Below, one piece after another: positions 1-12,580 of a DNA stretch of 64,000 nt. The first letter of the stretch is position 1, and each line of letters starts with the position of its first letter. The notes beneath the pieces were generated by a model that worked only from the letters and a program-made list of their open reading frames with translations, made no database searches and was not told the DNA's origin. Source of the DNA: Pseudovirgaria hyperparasitica (Eukaryota); the NCBI GenBank assembly GCA_010093815.1, contig ML996569.1; one strand, written 5' to 3'. The position numbers were made by a program, and so were the translations under genes.

Positions 1-182
1 GGTTTTGTTTTTGAAACAGAGCAAGTGGACAAAGACTAGAAACACGATTTACTTGTAGACATCTGAAGGAGGCGAAGTATTCGCAGGCATCTTTCAGCTC
101 TCACCTAAAAGTGATACGAAATTACATGAGACAACCCAGGTCGAGGCTGAGCAGGGGGGGCTTTGAGGGATCTAGATCGTGA

Positions 183-266
183 TGCCTCAGGCATGAGTAT
201 TAGAGCTTCCCGACGCGTGCCGAGCTAAGCTCCATCGACGCGACTTTATGATGATGTAACGCGCGT
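183..266. promoter_or_regulatory. Promoter elements: TGCCTCAGGCA palindrome plus three ACGCG (MCB-like) boxes
   Basis: TGCCTCAGGCA at 183-193; ACGCGT at 213-218; ACGCGA at 238-243; ACGCGCGT at 259-266. All lie 90-170 bp upstream of the ATG at 355. Confidence 0.45.
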
Positions 267-354
267 CTTACAACCTTTGAACCTTCCTCTAACGAGCATA
301 AACACTCCACCTCTTCCACAGGACATTCTACATCCCTATTCACTCCAGACAAGT

Positions 355-1119
355 ATGTTGGCGACACAGTTGATGTTCATGCCGCAATCTTTTGCACCCG
401 CCCGCTCGTCACCACTCTCGGAACGATCCTCCAATGCGTGCCCGCGGCGGTATAATTCTGCTATCATGTCGCAAGCACAAGACGCGAAGCAGCAGGTCCC
501 CTACTCGAAGCGCTCCATTAAGCAAGCTCCTATAAATCGTGGCCGAGAGGAGGTTCGCGATAAGAGACGCGATTTATTCTTGAAAAAAGTGAAAGAGGGC
601 CGGGAGGACCGGAACTGGGAGGCGAAGGGCGAACAGGTAAGAAATATAGCCATACTCCTGCAACTGTCGATGCTGACCATTCACTAGATCCTGAGGATGG
701 ACTTCATGAAAGAGCAGAAGAAATGGGAGACCGAGAAGGCGCGCTCCGCGCCAAAGTTTGATGAATTCGCCGAAGACGACGAACCACAGGATGAGATCAT
801 GCTTAGCAGCCAGCCATACCAAACACATCCATCATTTCAAACGTCAAGTTTAAATTCGGCCCTGGCTTCACATCACGAAGAAGCTGAGGCTGAGGCCCTT
901 CTCCGGCAAGAACAGGAAGAGCTTGACGCAATGCTGGCCGCTATAGAGGACCAAGAAAATATAGAGCAAGCATACCAACTTCCTTCACATTTTGGTAGTG
1001 ATGATGAAGATTATGACAGCTTATTCATGGACTATCTCTCCACCCAAGAGGATCAACACGGCATCTTACGAGAGCCCGAGCTATCGAAACCTGTGGATGA
1101 CGAGATGGACACGTCGTAG
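355..1119 (+). CDS. Hypothetical protein with basic N-terminal helix and acidic C-terminus (2 exons)
   Basis: ATG at 355. Intron 637-687 (GTAAGA...GCTGAC...TAG) joins ORFs 277..687 and 697..1119 in frame (...RRDLFLKKVKEGREDRNWEAKGEQ|ILRMDFMKEQKKWE...). Confidence 0.6.
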
Positions 1120-1213
1120 CATCCGACTTCCATCATATTCAAGCGGGCAGGGAATGGGGGAGTTAGAAAATGGTCATGTGGCGTTAATGGATTGTACAAA
1201 TTTATATGAATTG

Positions 1214-2247
1214 TTACTGCTGCGGACAGCCCTCGTCCATACCAGCAAGAGCTTCGGCGGCGGCATTTGTGTCCCCGACCAAGTCTGGTGGCGGTGCGCC
1301 TACAGACTGCATCTGTAACGATATTAGCAAGAAATTTTGCATGGATAGGAGTTTTGCTAACTTTCTGCATTCTCTCAACAATATATTCCCTGGCCTTCGG
1401 CTCCTTGTCACTGTAGTTCTTCTCCTCGAACTTAGCTGTGATCTCCCCGACGAGCACTTGCTGCTGCTCATATCGTTTTAAATCCTCCTTCGAGACCTTG
1501 TCCTTGTTTTGTATCATCCAATCCGGGAACTTGTCACTTAACTCTTTCATAGGCTCGTACAGGACGTCCTTGTTTGTGAGCTCTTCCATCATATCCGTCA
1601 GCAGTTTAGCGAAGCCCTCCTCACCACCCCCTCCCTCCTTCGCCATCTCTGCGAGTAGCTGCGCCATCATGTCATCCCCAAGATCAGCACTGCTAGATGC
1701 TTCCGCACTAGCTTGGTCCCCAGATTGCTGCATCCGCTCCATAGTCTTACGTATCGTCTCTTGGAACGAAGCTTCAGTAGCCTTGGATGACGCGGATGGG
1801 TCTCCTGCATTTGACGATCCAGGAACAGCTGTATCTTCACTTCCTCCATCAGCTGATGTGGCAGCTGCATCCCCAAGCTCCTTCATGAGGGTCTCGAATT
1901 GTTTTTTCATATCTGGAGAGTCCTTGAACTCCCCTAGCAGATCTGCCATACCCTTCTGCAGCTCTTTCTGAAAGTCATCGTCCGCGAAATGGAATGGTGA
2001 ATCTTCCGTCGGAGCAGTCGTGGCTGTGGTTTCGGCAGGTCTCCCAGGCCCAGAAGCCTGTGGGACCTCCGCTTTCGAATCTATTTTCGTGTGCGCAAAC
2101 TCGTCGAGTACGTCTGCGTCGCCTTGATTAGCTTCCCCTTCCCCTGGCATGTGATCCTCTGTTCGTACCGTCCAGGTCATCTAAATCGTCCTCATCAGGG
2201 TCAGGCGCCGTCTCGATGAGTGTTTGCTCTGGTTTTTTCTCGGCCAT
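1214..2247 (-). CDS. PEX19: Peroxisomal membrane protein import receptor Pex19 (3 exons)
   Basis: N-terminal DPDEDDLDDLD|DVLDEF motif, core MMEELTNKDVLYEPMKEL...FPDW, MQKMQSVGAPPPDLVG, and C-terminal CaaX box CPQQ*. Introns 2168-2114 and 1361-1313. Confidence 0.93.
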
Positions 2248-2697
2248 GCTGGGCTGACGGTTTTATGCTGAAGACGTGTAAAGCTGCGCTCCGTGAAGTC
2301 ATGCCTCAAGTCTCGGTTACCAGCTGAATTCGACAGCCCGAGGCCGACCACGAACTACAGAATAGCGGGGACTCTGAAGCTTGGACTGATGGCGGGGGAG
2401 GGATGCTCGATGCGCAGATCCCTTCCACTTTTGGGCTAGGTGGGCACCGCGTGGACCCTGTGCCTGGAACTTCTTGCCTACCATCTGTACTATCGAAGTT
2501 CACTCCACGACCTATATCTCACCTGCAGAGACAGATACGTTGTTCACCTCCGTTCGCCTACGCGCTCTGTATATTCACCGCCACTCGTGTCTTATAGTGT
2601 CTGATCTTCTTTCCATTCTCCTTCCAACCGCTGTCTACACACACGAAAGAATCAAGATCCAGCCTTGCGCCAGCAGCAGTGCAACCTAGATCTCAAC

Positions 2698-3280
2698 ATG
2701 TCGCTGTGCCAGAATCGCCTCACCGAGGAGAGGTAAGACTTGCACGACCACGCTCAGCAAGAACAATATCTGATACCACGTATAGGAAGCAATGGCGCAA
2801 AGACCATCCTTTCGGATTCTACGCCCGACCCACGCGCACCAGTCAAGGCATCCTCGATCTCAGGAAATGGGAATGCGGCGTGCCAGGCAAGGACAAAACA
2901 CTCTGGGAAGGCGGCCTGTTCAAGCTAGAAGTGACTTTTCCCGAAGGTACACACCTATTAACTTTCATCATCCCAGGGATCATGACTGATTCATTCGTAT
3001 AGAATACCCGACGAAGCCGCCCAAGTGCAAATTTGTGCCACCGTTGTTCCACCCGAACGTTTACCCGTCTGGTACCGTGTGTCTTTCGATTCTCAATGAA
3101 GAAGAAGGCTGGAAACCGGCTATTACATGTAAGGAGATCCTGTTAGGGATCCAGTCGCTACTGGACGAGCCAAACCCCGAGAGCCCGGCGCAGGCAGATG
3201 CATACAATCTGTTCAAGAAGGACCGTGTGGCATATGACAAAAAGATCAAGCAAGTAGTCAAAGAGAATCCAGCACCATGA
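2698..3280 (+). CDS. UBC9: SUMO-conjugating enzyme E2 Ubc9 (3 exons)
   Basis: [23 protein letters not shown]...WEGGLFKL...|[31 protein letters not shown] with catalytic Cys. Introns 2733-2785 and 2947-3002. Confidence 0.97.
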
Positions 3281-3623
3281 TTGATATGAACGCAAGCGGG
3301 TGCAGCAATGTGACTTGGCCGCGCAGGCGGACTAGGGGTGACACAGTTGATGATTTGCAGGAGACGCTTGCAATTTGTTGGCGATACGGCGATGCGGCAT
3401 GGACTGGTTCACGATTTGTAAAAATTAGGATAACGGGCAGTGAAGAATTTAGCGGAACACATGAGGTTTGGCAAGATGATTATGGAGAAGAAGAAGACCT
3501 ATTCTAGTATACAATAAACGATGCCAGGTCCGTTCGAGAGTAATAGCAGTCTCCGAATCCGACCAAGTAAGAGGCAACTAAATCATTTCCATGTCAACGC
3601 CTCAACCCGTTGCGCAAAGTGAA

Positions 3624-4765
3624 CTAGTATGGTGCATAGCCACGTCCTCGTGGTCGATAGCCACCGCGGTACCTGTGTATTATTTAGTATTGTCTGTGCG
3701 CCTTTGGCGGAAGTGAAATGAAAGGATTGAAAGGGATGGAGCGGCGATATGTGGCACGAACTCAGAAATAATGGTGAGGAAATAGAGTGACCTACCCTCC
3801 ACCACGACCACCTCCGTATCCACGGTCACCACCATAGCCACCTCGTCCACCATATCCTCCTCTTCCGCCTCGTGGCCCACCGCGTCCACTACCTCTTCCA
3901 CCTCTCGTCATGCCTGGAAGATTAGTGCGCTTGGGAACAACCTTCACTATGATCAGTACATACCAAATAAACAGGACTTTTACACTAACCTTGAGTTGTC
4001 GGCCCCGAAAGTTGCTATCGTTGAGGACTAGGGCCTGAGCTACAAGACTGGGCTCAGTGAACTCCACATACGCATACCTGCATACGCTCATTAGCGCTCC
4101 ATCTCTTACTGCCAATCTCTTGCCAGGTAGCGAAGATTTTTCTGGGGCATGAAGAGAAGAAGTAAGATACAATCTTCGGCGCATGGGAAACGCAAACATA
4201 GCACGACCTCGCACTGAGTGTTCTCAGGCGCTGTAGCCCTGTCCATGCGAAGCAAAGAATGCAAAAAGCCAGCATAAGTAAATGTGTTTTCAAGGGAATG
4301 CCCAGCTCTTGGATGTTACTGACCCCTTCGGTTGTCCGGTGAACTTATCCAGCAAGATAGTCACTCTGTTGATGCTGCCACAAGTCTGGAAATGCGACTG
4401 GATCTCCTCGGGCGAGGCGCCATAGTCGACATTACCAACAAATATGCTCCGTGCGTCGATGTCTTCTCTGTTCTCACGGAGGTCTTCGGTGCGCTGATCG
4501 AGAGACTGTTGCATCTCACGGAGCTTCGCCGCTTCGGCTTCCATCTCCTGGACGCGCTTTTTCATCGCGAGAATTTCCTCCTATTGAAATTTAGCTCTTC
4601 TGTTTGTAAGTAAAGCGCGCGCTGGGTGTGGGGTTTGCGCCGCGTGCCGTGGTCGCGTAGGGATAACCGTGGCGTCGTCAAGGACGGCTGTTGGAGTCGT
4701 ACCTCTTCATCTGCATTGTCAGCAGTGTTGTGCTCGTCGGCACGGCGGTCTTCGATGTCGGCCAT
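3624..4765 (-). CDS. PAB2: Nuclear poly(A)-binding protein 2 (PABPN1/Pab2-like; coiled coil, RRM, RGG tail; multi-exon)
   Basis: [19 protein letters not shown] coiled coil; [68 protein letters not shown] repeats; ends RGRGYAPY*. Confidence 0.93.
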
Positions 4766-6644
4766 GATGTTTGTATGTGAACGGTGTCTGAGGATGTTGA
4801 TTAGCAAGATGAGCGAGGTAGCTGACAGGTTAAGAGCAAAACAGGTAGATTGTATGACTTGCACGTACCAAGTTTTAGTTCTATAGGTTTAGCAGAGCAG
4901 ACTCCAGACCGCCTGCAGATATCTTATGTATCTGCGATCTGTGAAGGTACTGTGTGGGTCAATGAGCGCTGGTGAAGCCGCGAAAGTTGACATTAACAGG
5001 AAAGGCAATGATGGAAGGGACATCCGGCCGCCTGGAGAAGCCTCCTAAAACGATCTAACCATATTACTCTTAGCGTCTTTTTCGCAACCTGGAAGCTCGA
5101 TTATTAACTTATCCAGTATTTATCTAACAAGTGCTCCAACAATTCTAGTGCACAACTCGCAGTGTAAGGGGCACCATGTTATTATGACGAGGCCCAGCTG
5201 AACATGCACATCCAAGAGCCATCGCCTCACTCTGTATATGCACAGCCGCAGCCACTTTGCCAAACAACTTACGGCCCAAAATCCCTTCCAGTCACAGCAT
5301 GCTCAATACAATATGTTTCCATTGTCTGCCTAGGCCGACAGGATAGACTTGCATTCCTGGATCAGTGACAGTAGTCTCTATGTTGCCCTCGCTGAACTCT
5401 TCCCGGCTGCGCGGGATCAGCGACCTGTACGTTTAATGAATAGTAAGACACGGACTCTACCATTCGCCATCATCGCACTGCATAACTGGAAATGGCTTAC
5501 CGTTACACTTTCTACGTCGTTGGTTTGACAAGGTTCGACCTCATAACCCTGTTTGCTAGTACCCACGCTATAGCAGACACATGGTTGGCGGATACGAGGG
5601 TCATGATACTGATTGGGGCTTGCTAGGGCATCAATCAAAACAGAGGCTGGTCGAGCTGGACTGTATGACTTGTTTAGTCCACCGTTTGAAATCCTTTAGC
5701 TGTCCAACATAGTGAAAAGTCCTGACTTGTTCCAGGAGCAGACCTTTGGACGAGACTGGTCAGTTCGAAATTTCTCTCGTAGGGTTTCTCTTCCGATCCT
5801 AACGTCCCCAATTAGGCTGAAGCGAAGATGTATTCGTCATGATCCACTTCTTTGGTTGAAGTCTAGATAGTAGGCGGGATTTTGCCCAATATAGATTTCC
5901 AGGACGAGATCGCATATCCCTCAGGAGTAGTATCGCTTCGGGGTCGTTGTTTTAGGGGATATCGTACCACAGCAACTGGCCGAACATCGAAGCTCACAGT
6001 ATTATCATCTCCTGCCTCCATTTCTGGGCGTCTTCTTTGTGTCCATGATGGGTGTTAGCCAATTCGAGCTCGTAACCCACTCGCCCTTTCTCGCATCTAT
6101 TACAACAAGGACATTCTAGAAACTTGACGGACGCTCCGTCCGTCATGAAGCCTTCTCCTTGAGACTATGACACTCATCCACCGAAGTACCCGTGCATATC
6201 ATAGCGAATTCACTATACTCCGGCCTCTGCGTATGTCCGTATCCTGAACGGCAGCATGTACTTCTGGCACCCGAGGCGCTGGCTGCAGTTCGATTGGGGT
6301 GTCAAGCCTGGTGGCTTATAATTCTTGGTATAAGTGCTTAAACACTAGAAGTCATATCTATGCTTACAGAGTTATGTGTACTGATTATAACCATACTGAA
6401 TCTCTCGAAAGCTGTATTAGCTATATGAGAATTTTCCCTAGTGATAAGTGATTGAACCAAATCCGACTCATTATTCAATGTCAATATGGATGTACAAGAC
6501 AAGCTGCTCCAACGGTACTGAGACAGATCATGTTCACAAAACAAAAACATATTTCAAGCCTCGGACGAAAGATTTGCATGCAGGTTTTTGATACACTGTG
6601 GACCACTGTTGTTTTATTACTATCTTATTATTCTGTTTGGTCAC

Positions 6645-8222
6645 CTAGCGTGCGTAGCGGGATGCATCCAAACCACCTCCGAGAACACCGCTTCTTCCTG
6701 TAGGCGCCTTCTGGGAGGCGCGGGCCTGGGATACAAGAGCTAAGGCAATGTCAGTGTTGACGAGCAATATTAAGGAGCATAGGGTGATACTGGGACCCTC
6801 ACTGAGGAGCTTACATGCTTTAGCAATTTTCTCCTCGATACCAACACTCATCTGCTTGTGGACTTTCGCGAGCGCAATGCGATAGTGTGCCTGGATTTGG
6901 CACGGCACTTTCTCGAAGGGGCAATTGGTGAGACGGCAATCGATATGGTAGTTGACACCATGGGTTAGCATCTCCTTGATGTCTGCAGTGTCTCGAACGA
7001 TACCAAACCAGTCATTGACGTGCTCAGCGCTCAGAGGAACAACTTCCGAGGCAGTAGCGTCCAATGCCTTGTTGAGCGCCTCAATTTCAGCGATAGGTTT
7101 CTTTACAGGGGCAAGCGGAGCTGGAGCATTAGGGTCCTTGGGGTCAATCGGTTCTAGCTTCTCATACCTCACACCTTCGTCCTTGGAGATACTGCTGTTG
7201 GTTACGGCGGGCAGCGGCTTATCCGTGACGCCGTCAGAGACATAACGATCGACACCATAAGCGATAGGCCGGGCGCCATGGTCGGGAAAATTCGTCTGAA
7301 CTGTCTTGCGGTCGGAGGCGTAAGGATGTGACATACGAGTCGTTGGGCGAGCGGTAGGATCAACAACGTAGCTGATGGAAGCACTGGGAGGTATCGACTT
7401 ACGGCTGCTAGACGAAGCACTGAGAGGCATTGACTTGCGGCTGCTAGACGAAGCACCGCCGCGCGAAGATGGGTCAGACGGTCCCTTGGGACGGTGAGGT
7501 AAAGCTGCTTGGTGAGCGGAGTGGAGCGAAGGTCCAGATTTAGTTTTCAGCATCTCCATGGCTCGCTCAGGGTTGAACAATTTAGGTCCTTGAGGTGTCT
7601 GAGTGGCCACTGTGCTAGATGCAGTGCGCGCAGGTTGATGCACTGGTGAAGCACGTGCCAGATCAATGTTTCTATGATGGACTGGAGGACCTTTGTTCGT
7701 ATTCGATGCGATGGGACGAGAAGCATTCGGCGGTAAACTGCGAGGCTCAGTGTAGCCATCACGTCTGATGCGATGCAACTGACCACCATGGATGACACCA
7801 AGCGACTCAGCTGTATGATCACGTTCCTCATCAGCTGGGACGTACGCTATCACAAGATCAGCAACTGAAATGAGGAGAAGACAATGACAAATGCGTACTG
7901 TTCCACTCCGTAACTCCCTGGTTTACGGCTCGATCGACTCTCTTCGCACGCCCACCTCGAATTGCACTAGAGGCACGACCTACACACTGGGTCAGTCAAG
8001 GCAGAGTCAGTTTGCTCCGTTGATGCTCACTAGGAACGAATCCAACGGAAGGGTCGTTCACGTAGCGGTGATCGTAGTCTCTGGCGATTGTATTTTCCCG
8101 GCGATCGGCACAAAGGTCGTCCTAAAAGCTCAAGTCAACAACGTGTTCTGCTCATGTCTTCTTGCAGAGATAGCTACATATTCAAAGCGATCGTCTCCTT
8201 CGGTTGAGTTAGGGTTGGCCAT
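6645..8222 (-). CDS. Orphan low-complexity protein (multi-exon, Ser/Pro-rich middle, Cys/His-containing C-terminal part)
   Basis: 402-codon ORF 6645..7853 can be extended upstream through three plausible GT-AG introns to an ATG at 8222 (MANPNSTEGDDRFEY...). No family recognised. Confidence 0.5.
7381..7455 (-). repeat. In-frame 36-bp tandem duplication inside the orphan gene
   Basis: Encodes ASSSSRKSMPLS / ASSSSRKSIPPS; cggctgctagacgaagcac is repeated on the + strand at 36-nt spacing. Confidence 0.8.
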
Positions 8223-10804
8223 CTCCCCGGCGCACCCTGTAGTGCTGGTGGCAGTTGTAGCTGCAAAAGAAGGTGAGGTAACTGGTAAAGGGAAGGTAAC
8301 TTGCAGTGGCAGGTGAAAACAATGAACAGAGTCACAAGATTGGAGCCTAATCCGGGGGGCGGAGCTAATGTTTCTCCGAGTCGGTGAAAGTGAGCCAGCT
8401 TGGATAGCACATTAATAAAGGTGTGTTGAAATGAGACAGCCGAAGCAAAACAAATGAGGTGAAGTGAATTAAGAAGCGCGCCTGTATCTCTGCACAACAA
8501 CGCAAATGTGAGCTTTGCCAATACCAATCACTCAGATTGCATAGAGACAAAGGATGGTAGAATGGCCCATCTTTGGCTGGTAGGTGTGAAGTAGTAAGGT
8601 CGTTGATGCGCTGCTGCCTTCCCTGTCTGCTCCTCTCGCGCTCCATTCCGTGCTCCTTTTTGTGTAGGTCTATGAGTGTTGTAATTTTCATATCATAAAT
8701 TCCCTGGTGCTCTGTACCATACGCTACATTCGTGTCTAGCTGGTCATATCCCTTGTATCAGCAATGTTTTGCAGCATGAATCAGTTGCTGGGACAGCCAG
8801 TTATCGTCGTGTAACCGGTTCCATAGGACAGATAGCAATATACCTTGTGCACCTATGACAGAAACCTTAAAAATCTTTCTCTTCAAGAACTTCCCTGCAA
8901 TGCATTGCAGTAGGCGACTGGACAAGTCCATGATTTCATTGCCGACTAGCAGGTTGTTGTGTATGTGACCAAGCTCTTGAGAGCGATCTCATAGGCATCA
9001 CGCTACAGTAAGAGGGACTACTCACTTCATCAGATGACTATTTTGCGACAACCTTGAGTTGGTTGTGACTTGTTGGAATGAGTAGTGTCCCATGTTGAGG
9101 TTTGGTAGGTAGCCCCCAGTTGTTGCCAGTAGATGAATCATGATTAGTCAGCGAAGGAATATTCATTTTCCGTGCTGACTTCTACTTTCCACTAGCCCAA
9201 TGCTAGGTAGATCAATGTCTTTCTCTGTCTCCATATAATGAGCACTTGTCTTTTAGGCGTAGCGATCGAGGGATCATCTATTAGCTCCTCCAAGTCACTC
9301 CTCAATCGCGTGCTAATGCTTACATTCGCAGATGACTGGAGCTAAGTTGCGGACTTGATATTTCCTCTCATTGCTGATATTCACAGGAGCCGTGCTCGAT
9401 GAGAAGATCACAAGAGCTCTGCTACACATTGCAGTATTTGAATTCACGCAGGACTCCAGCATTAGCGTAAATAGTCTGTCTTGGCTCAAAAGGTGTCATA
9501 TCGATTTTAGGCACTCTCTATGCTTTTCTCTCCAAAGCCTCCCCAGCGTCACTCCAAATATTCATCTTGTACAATCAAGCTCACATCTTCCTCGTTGGTG
9601 CTCTAGGCGACTAGACTTGTCCGTGGTCGATGTGAATGATCGGTACGACGCTGTGCCCCTAGGATGAGTGTGTTTCCGATGGACCATCATCTCCGTGTAC
9701 TAGAGGTCCGAAATCTGGATGATCCAAGGGAAGGAAGCGTGCGCTTGCTATTTTTGATAGCCGATAAATGCGTGTATCCTCAGTGTGAAGGATGGCTTTA
9801 AGGATAACGGAAGTGTGTGTCTTGTCTGAGTGTTAATCGACTTTACAGGACCCCTGACTAGGGATTCGTAACTATTCGTGTAGTATGTTACCCGATTGAA
9901 ACTTTTCAGCTTGTGAAATAAGCCCCAAGGAATGACTTTCCGCAGTATCCATATACTTGTGGGCAAACATGGGTATTCTTCGATGTTGGTATTCATACAA
10001 CTCCTCAGAGCTACGTTCACGAAGTCGTGATCCACTACAATGAATGCCATCTTGATCTGGGCGCATTTCCAAAGAAAAGAGGAGCTTAGCTTCACTCATG
10101 ACTGTGTCGCTTTCCTACCTCTACCACCCCAGCGTGCGCTGGAAAGTTCCGCCAGGTCTATCCGAGCTTTTTTCCAATTCTTTTTGTTATTGATAACGAT
10201 ACTCATGCCACCACAAGGTTCGCAAGTTCGCTGAGCTGACTATCGGATATGTTTTATTGTACTATTTTTAACACGAAATAAAAGAACCGTCTTCTACCGA
10301 CGCCAAAACGAGGGGCATCAAAACGGCTGGTGATGATAGTAATTATCGCCAGCGGTGTCAAAACTTGTTTGATCGCGCATTTACAGGGTTTGCCAGATGG
10401 AACGTAGGCAGGAAATTTTTCCTTGATGCTGAAAGGCTGGTAGACCATGTGAACGACATACACTTTTCGTTGGCGCTCTAAGAGAGGATGTGAGTGTATC
10501 AAGGACATATCAGTCGCTGGTGTCATAATGTTCTGATATGGTAAGGTACTGCAGAGTTAGACATTACTACATCGGTAGGGAAGTCGACTTCGGAGTGAGC
10601 ATTATGGATCCTCTCGAAGCTCTGACTGCCGCAAGACTTTATCAATGCCATATGTTTGTAGATCAGAGTAGTACGAAAGATGTTAAGTTCGAAAACTGTT
10701 TATATGTGGCGCTTGCATAATCGAAACTCGTGAACCGAGTGACTTGATACGCCGTGGAGCAAAGTAGCTCCAGTACATAACTTGACCAAAAATATAGTGA
10801 TTCC

Positions 10805-12580
10805 TCACGAATGGAGTCTGGGCGTCAATTTGAGTAGGACATCCTCGCCGTCCAGCGGACCCATGAGTCCCGCTACTGGAGTTCCCAAATCCGCTTGCGG
10901 AAAGCCTTTGTCATCGATCTTTTCGATGTCGTACAAGCTTAAAAGTCTTGTAATCAAGATCAATACCTCTGCTTTAGCTAAGAATCTTCCTGGGCAATAC
11001 GTATGTCCCCCTCCAAAGGGTCTCAAGCTCGTACTGGAGAGCATCTTCGGGTTCCGTTCGAAACGCTCTGCATCAAAGACTTGAGAATCTCCCCATACAA
11101 CATCATGCATGTGCATCTGTCGATAAGGTACCATCACTCGAGCATTAACCGGGATCATTTTCTGACCTATTTTTGTAGGTGCTGTTGCAATACGTACTGA
11201 GTGAGAATTCGTGTATACACGCAATGACTCCGCGAATAGCGAAGTCAGTAACGGACAAGAATCTGCGAGAAATTGCAGGTATTCAGACTCATCAAGCTTT
11301 GCAGCTGCTGCAACTTCCCCTGAGCGGAGCCGCTGCAACAGCTGTGGATCTTCAACAAGATGAGCTAGAGCCCAGAAGGCTGCCTTGTACGTGTTTGTGT
11401 TTGTCCTCATCTAATGTCAGCTACGAGTCTCGAACCGCGCTGGGTAGAGATTACTTACGCGAAGATAACGATTGACATCATCTCAGCAATGTCTTTCTCT
11501 GGAAAATGGACCGCTCTTTCGGTGACAATCAATCGCTTGACTAAATCACAAGCTCCTTCACGTCTCTCCTCCGGAAGGCTGAGCCAAGTCTGCGTTGTTT
11601 CTAATAATCTTTGTTTCGCCTGTAACATACTCCTAGCCCCCGCCACCTTGTACCAAAGCTTCCAGCTTTCTTTGTCGAATTGCATCGAGTCATCAATTAC
11701 ATTTGGATTGAGCTCCATAAGTGAGTCTCCGAAAAATGCTCTCAAGACCGCATCGATGAGAACCTCTCGGGTAAGTTCCAATAGAGAAACGATCTTCGAA
11801 CCATCCTTCTCAGTCGATCTAGTGTACCGTCCTGATAGTTTGTGAACTTGAGAAGATATCGACGCAGACACCTTTGCCAACATTTCGTTGTATCTGGGAC
11901 CAGGCACGAGCTGTTCTTTCCAAAAGATCATATTAAGGTGCGCAAGTGGTTTCAAGTCAGCGTTATTCATATCAATGGCTTGTGCTGCAAGATCCGCATC
12001 CCTCGATTCAGGAGCCTCGTAGAACTTGTCGCAAGAAGCTTTGGACACTCCGAAGATATTAGTCACATCGTATACGACTTTATCAACAGAGAGCGTTGCT
12101 GAGTTTCTGTATAGGGCCACTGTATCGTCGGGAGAGGATACAAAGTACAACTTCTGCCCCCCGACAGTGAGAGCGAATGGTTCACGTTGATTTTTGAAAT
12201 ATTTTCTAGTGTAAGGTCAGTTGGGTGTATTGGAAGCTTATGGTCTTAGTTGCAACATACTGGGCTCTTGTAATGACGCCATCTCCATTCTTGACGAACT
12301 CAAGGGCGTGGCCTTTAGATGGTCAGCAGGGTCTCGTATAAGCTGTTTTATATCGCCCTACCTAGAACTTATGAACGTCAGTCGCAAGAAGGCGGTGAAA
12401 TCAGAGACATATCTCACTAGGTATCCAATACGGCAGTTCTTTTGGCTCGTTTGGGTTTAAAATTGGCTTAATAGTGAAAGCCCAAAGCCGAAACGAGATG
12501 AGAAACACTAATAAGCAGGTTGGAATCGCAGCAAATGGACCACCATAGAGCACTAGTGCCAGAACTGTTGACAAAATCAT
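10805..12580 (-). CDS. Cytochrome P450, CYP7/CYP8-like type (5 exons including a 6-nt microexon)
   Basis: N-terminal TM MILSTVLALVLYGGPFAAIPTCLLVFLISF; EPKELPYWIP-IL-GHA; I-helix FATNTNTYKAAFW; ExxR (ESLR); FDAERF; heme motif PFGGGHTYCPGRFLA. Confidence 0.9.

Noticed and set aside
1119..1214. Only 94 bp between the convergent stops of the first gene and PEX19
   Set aside because: Overlapping 3' UTRs are ordinary in compact fungal housekeeping regions.
5000..6640. AT-richer stretch with short ORFs as a possible transposon or RIP relic
   Set aside because: No terminal repeats, transposase or RT motifs, or clear TpA excess visible by eye.
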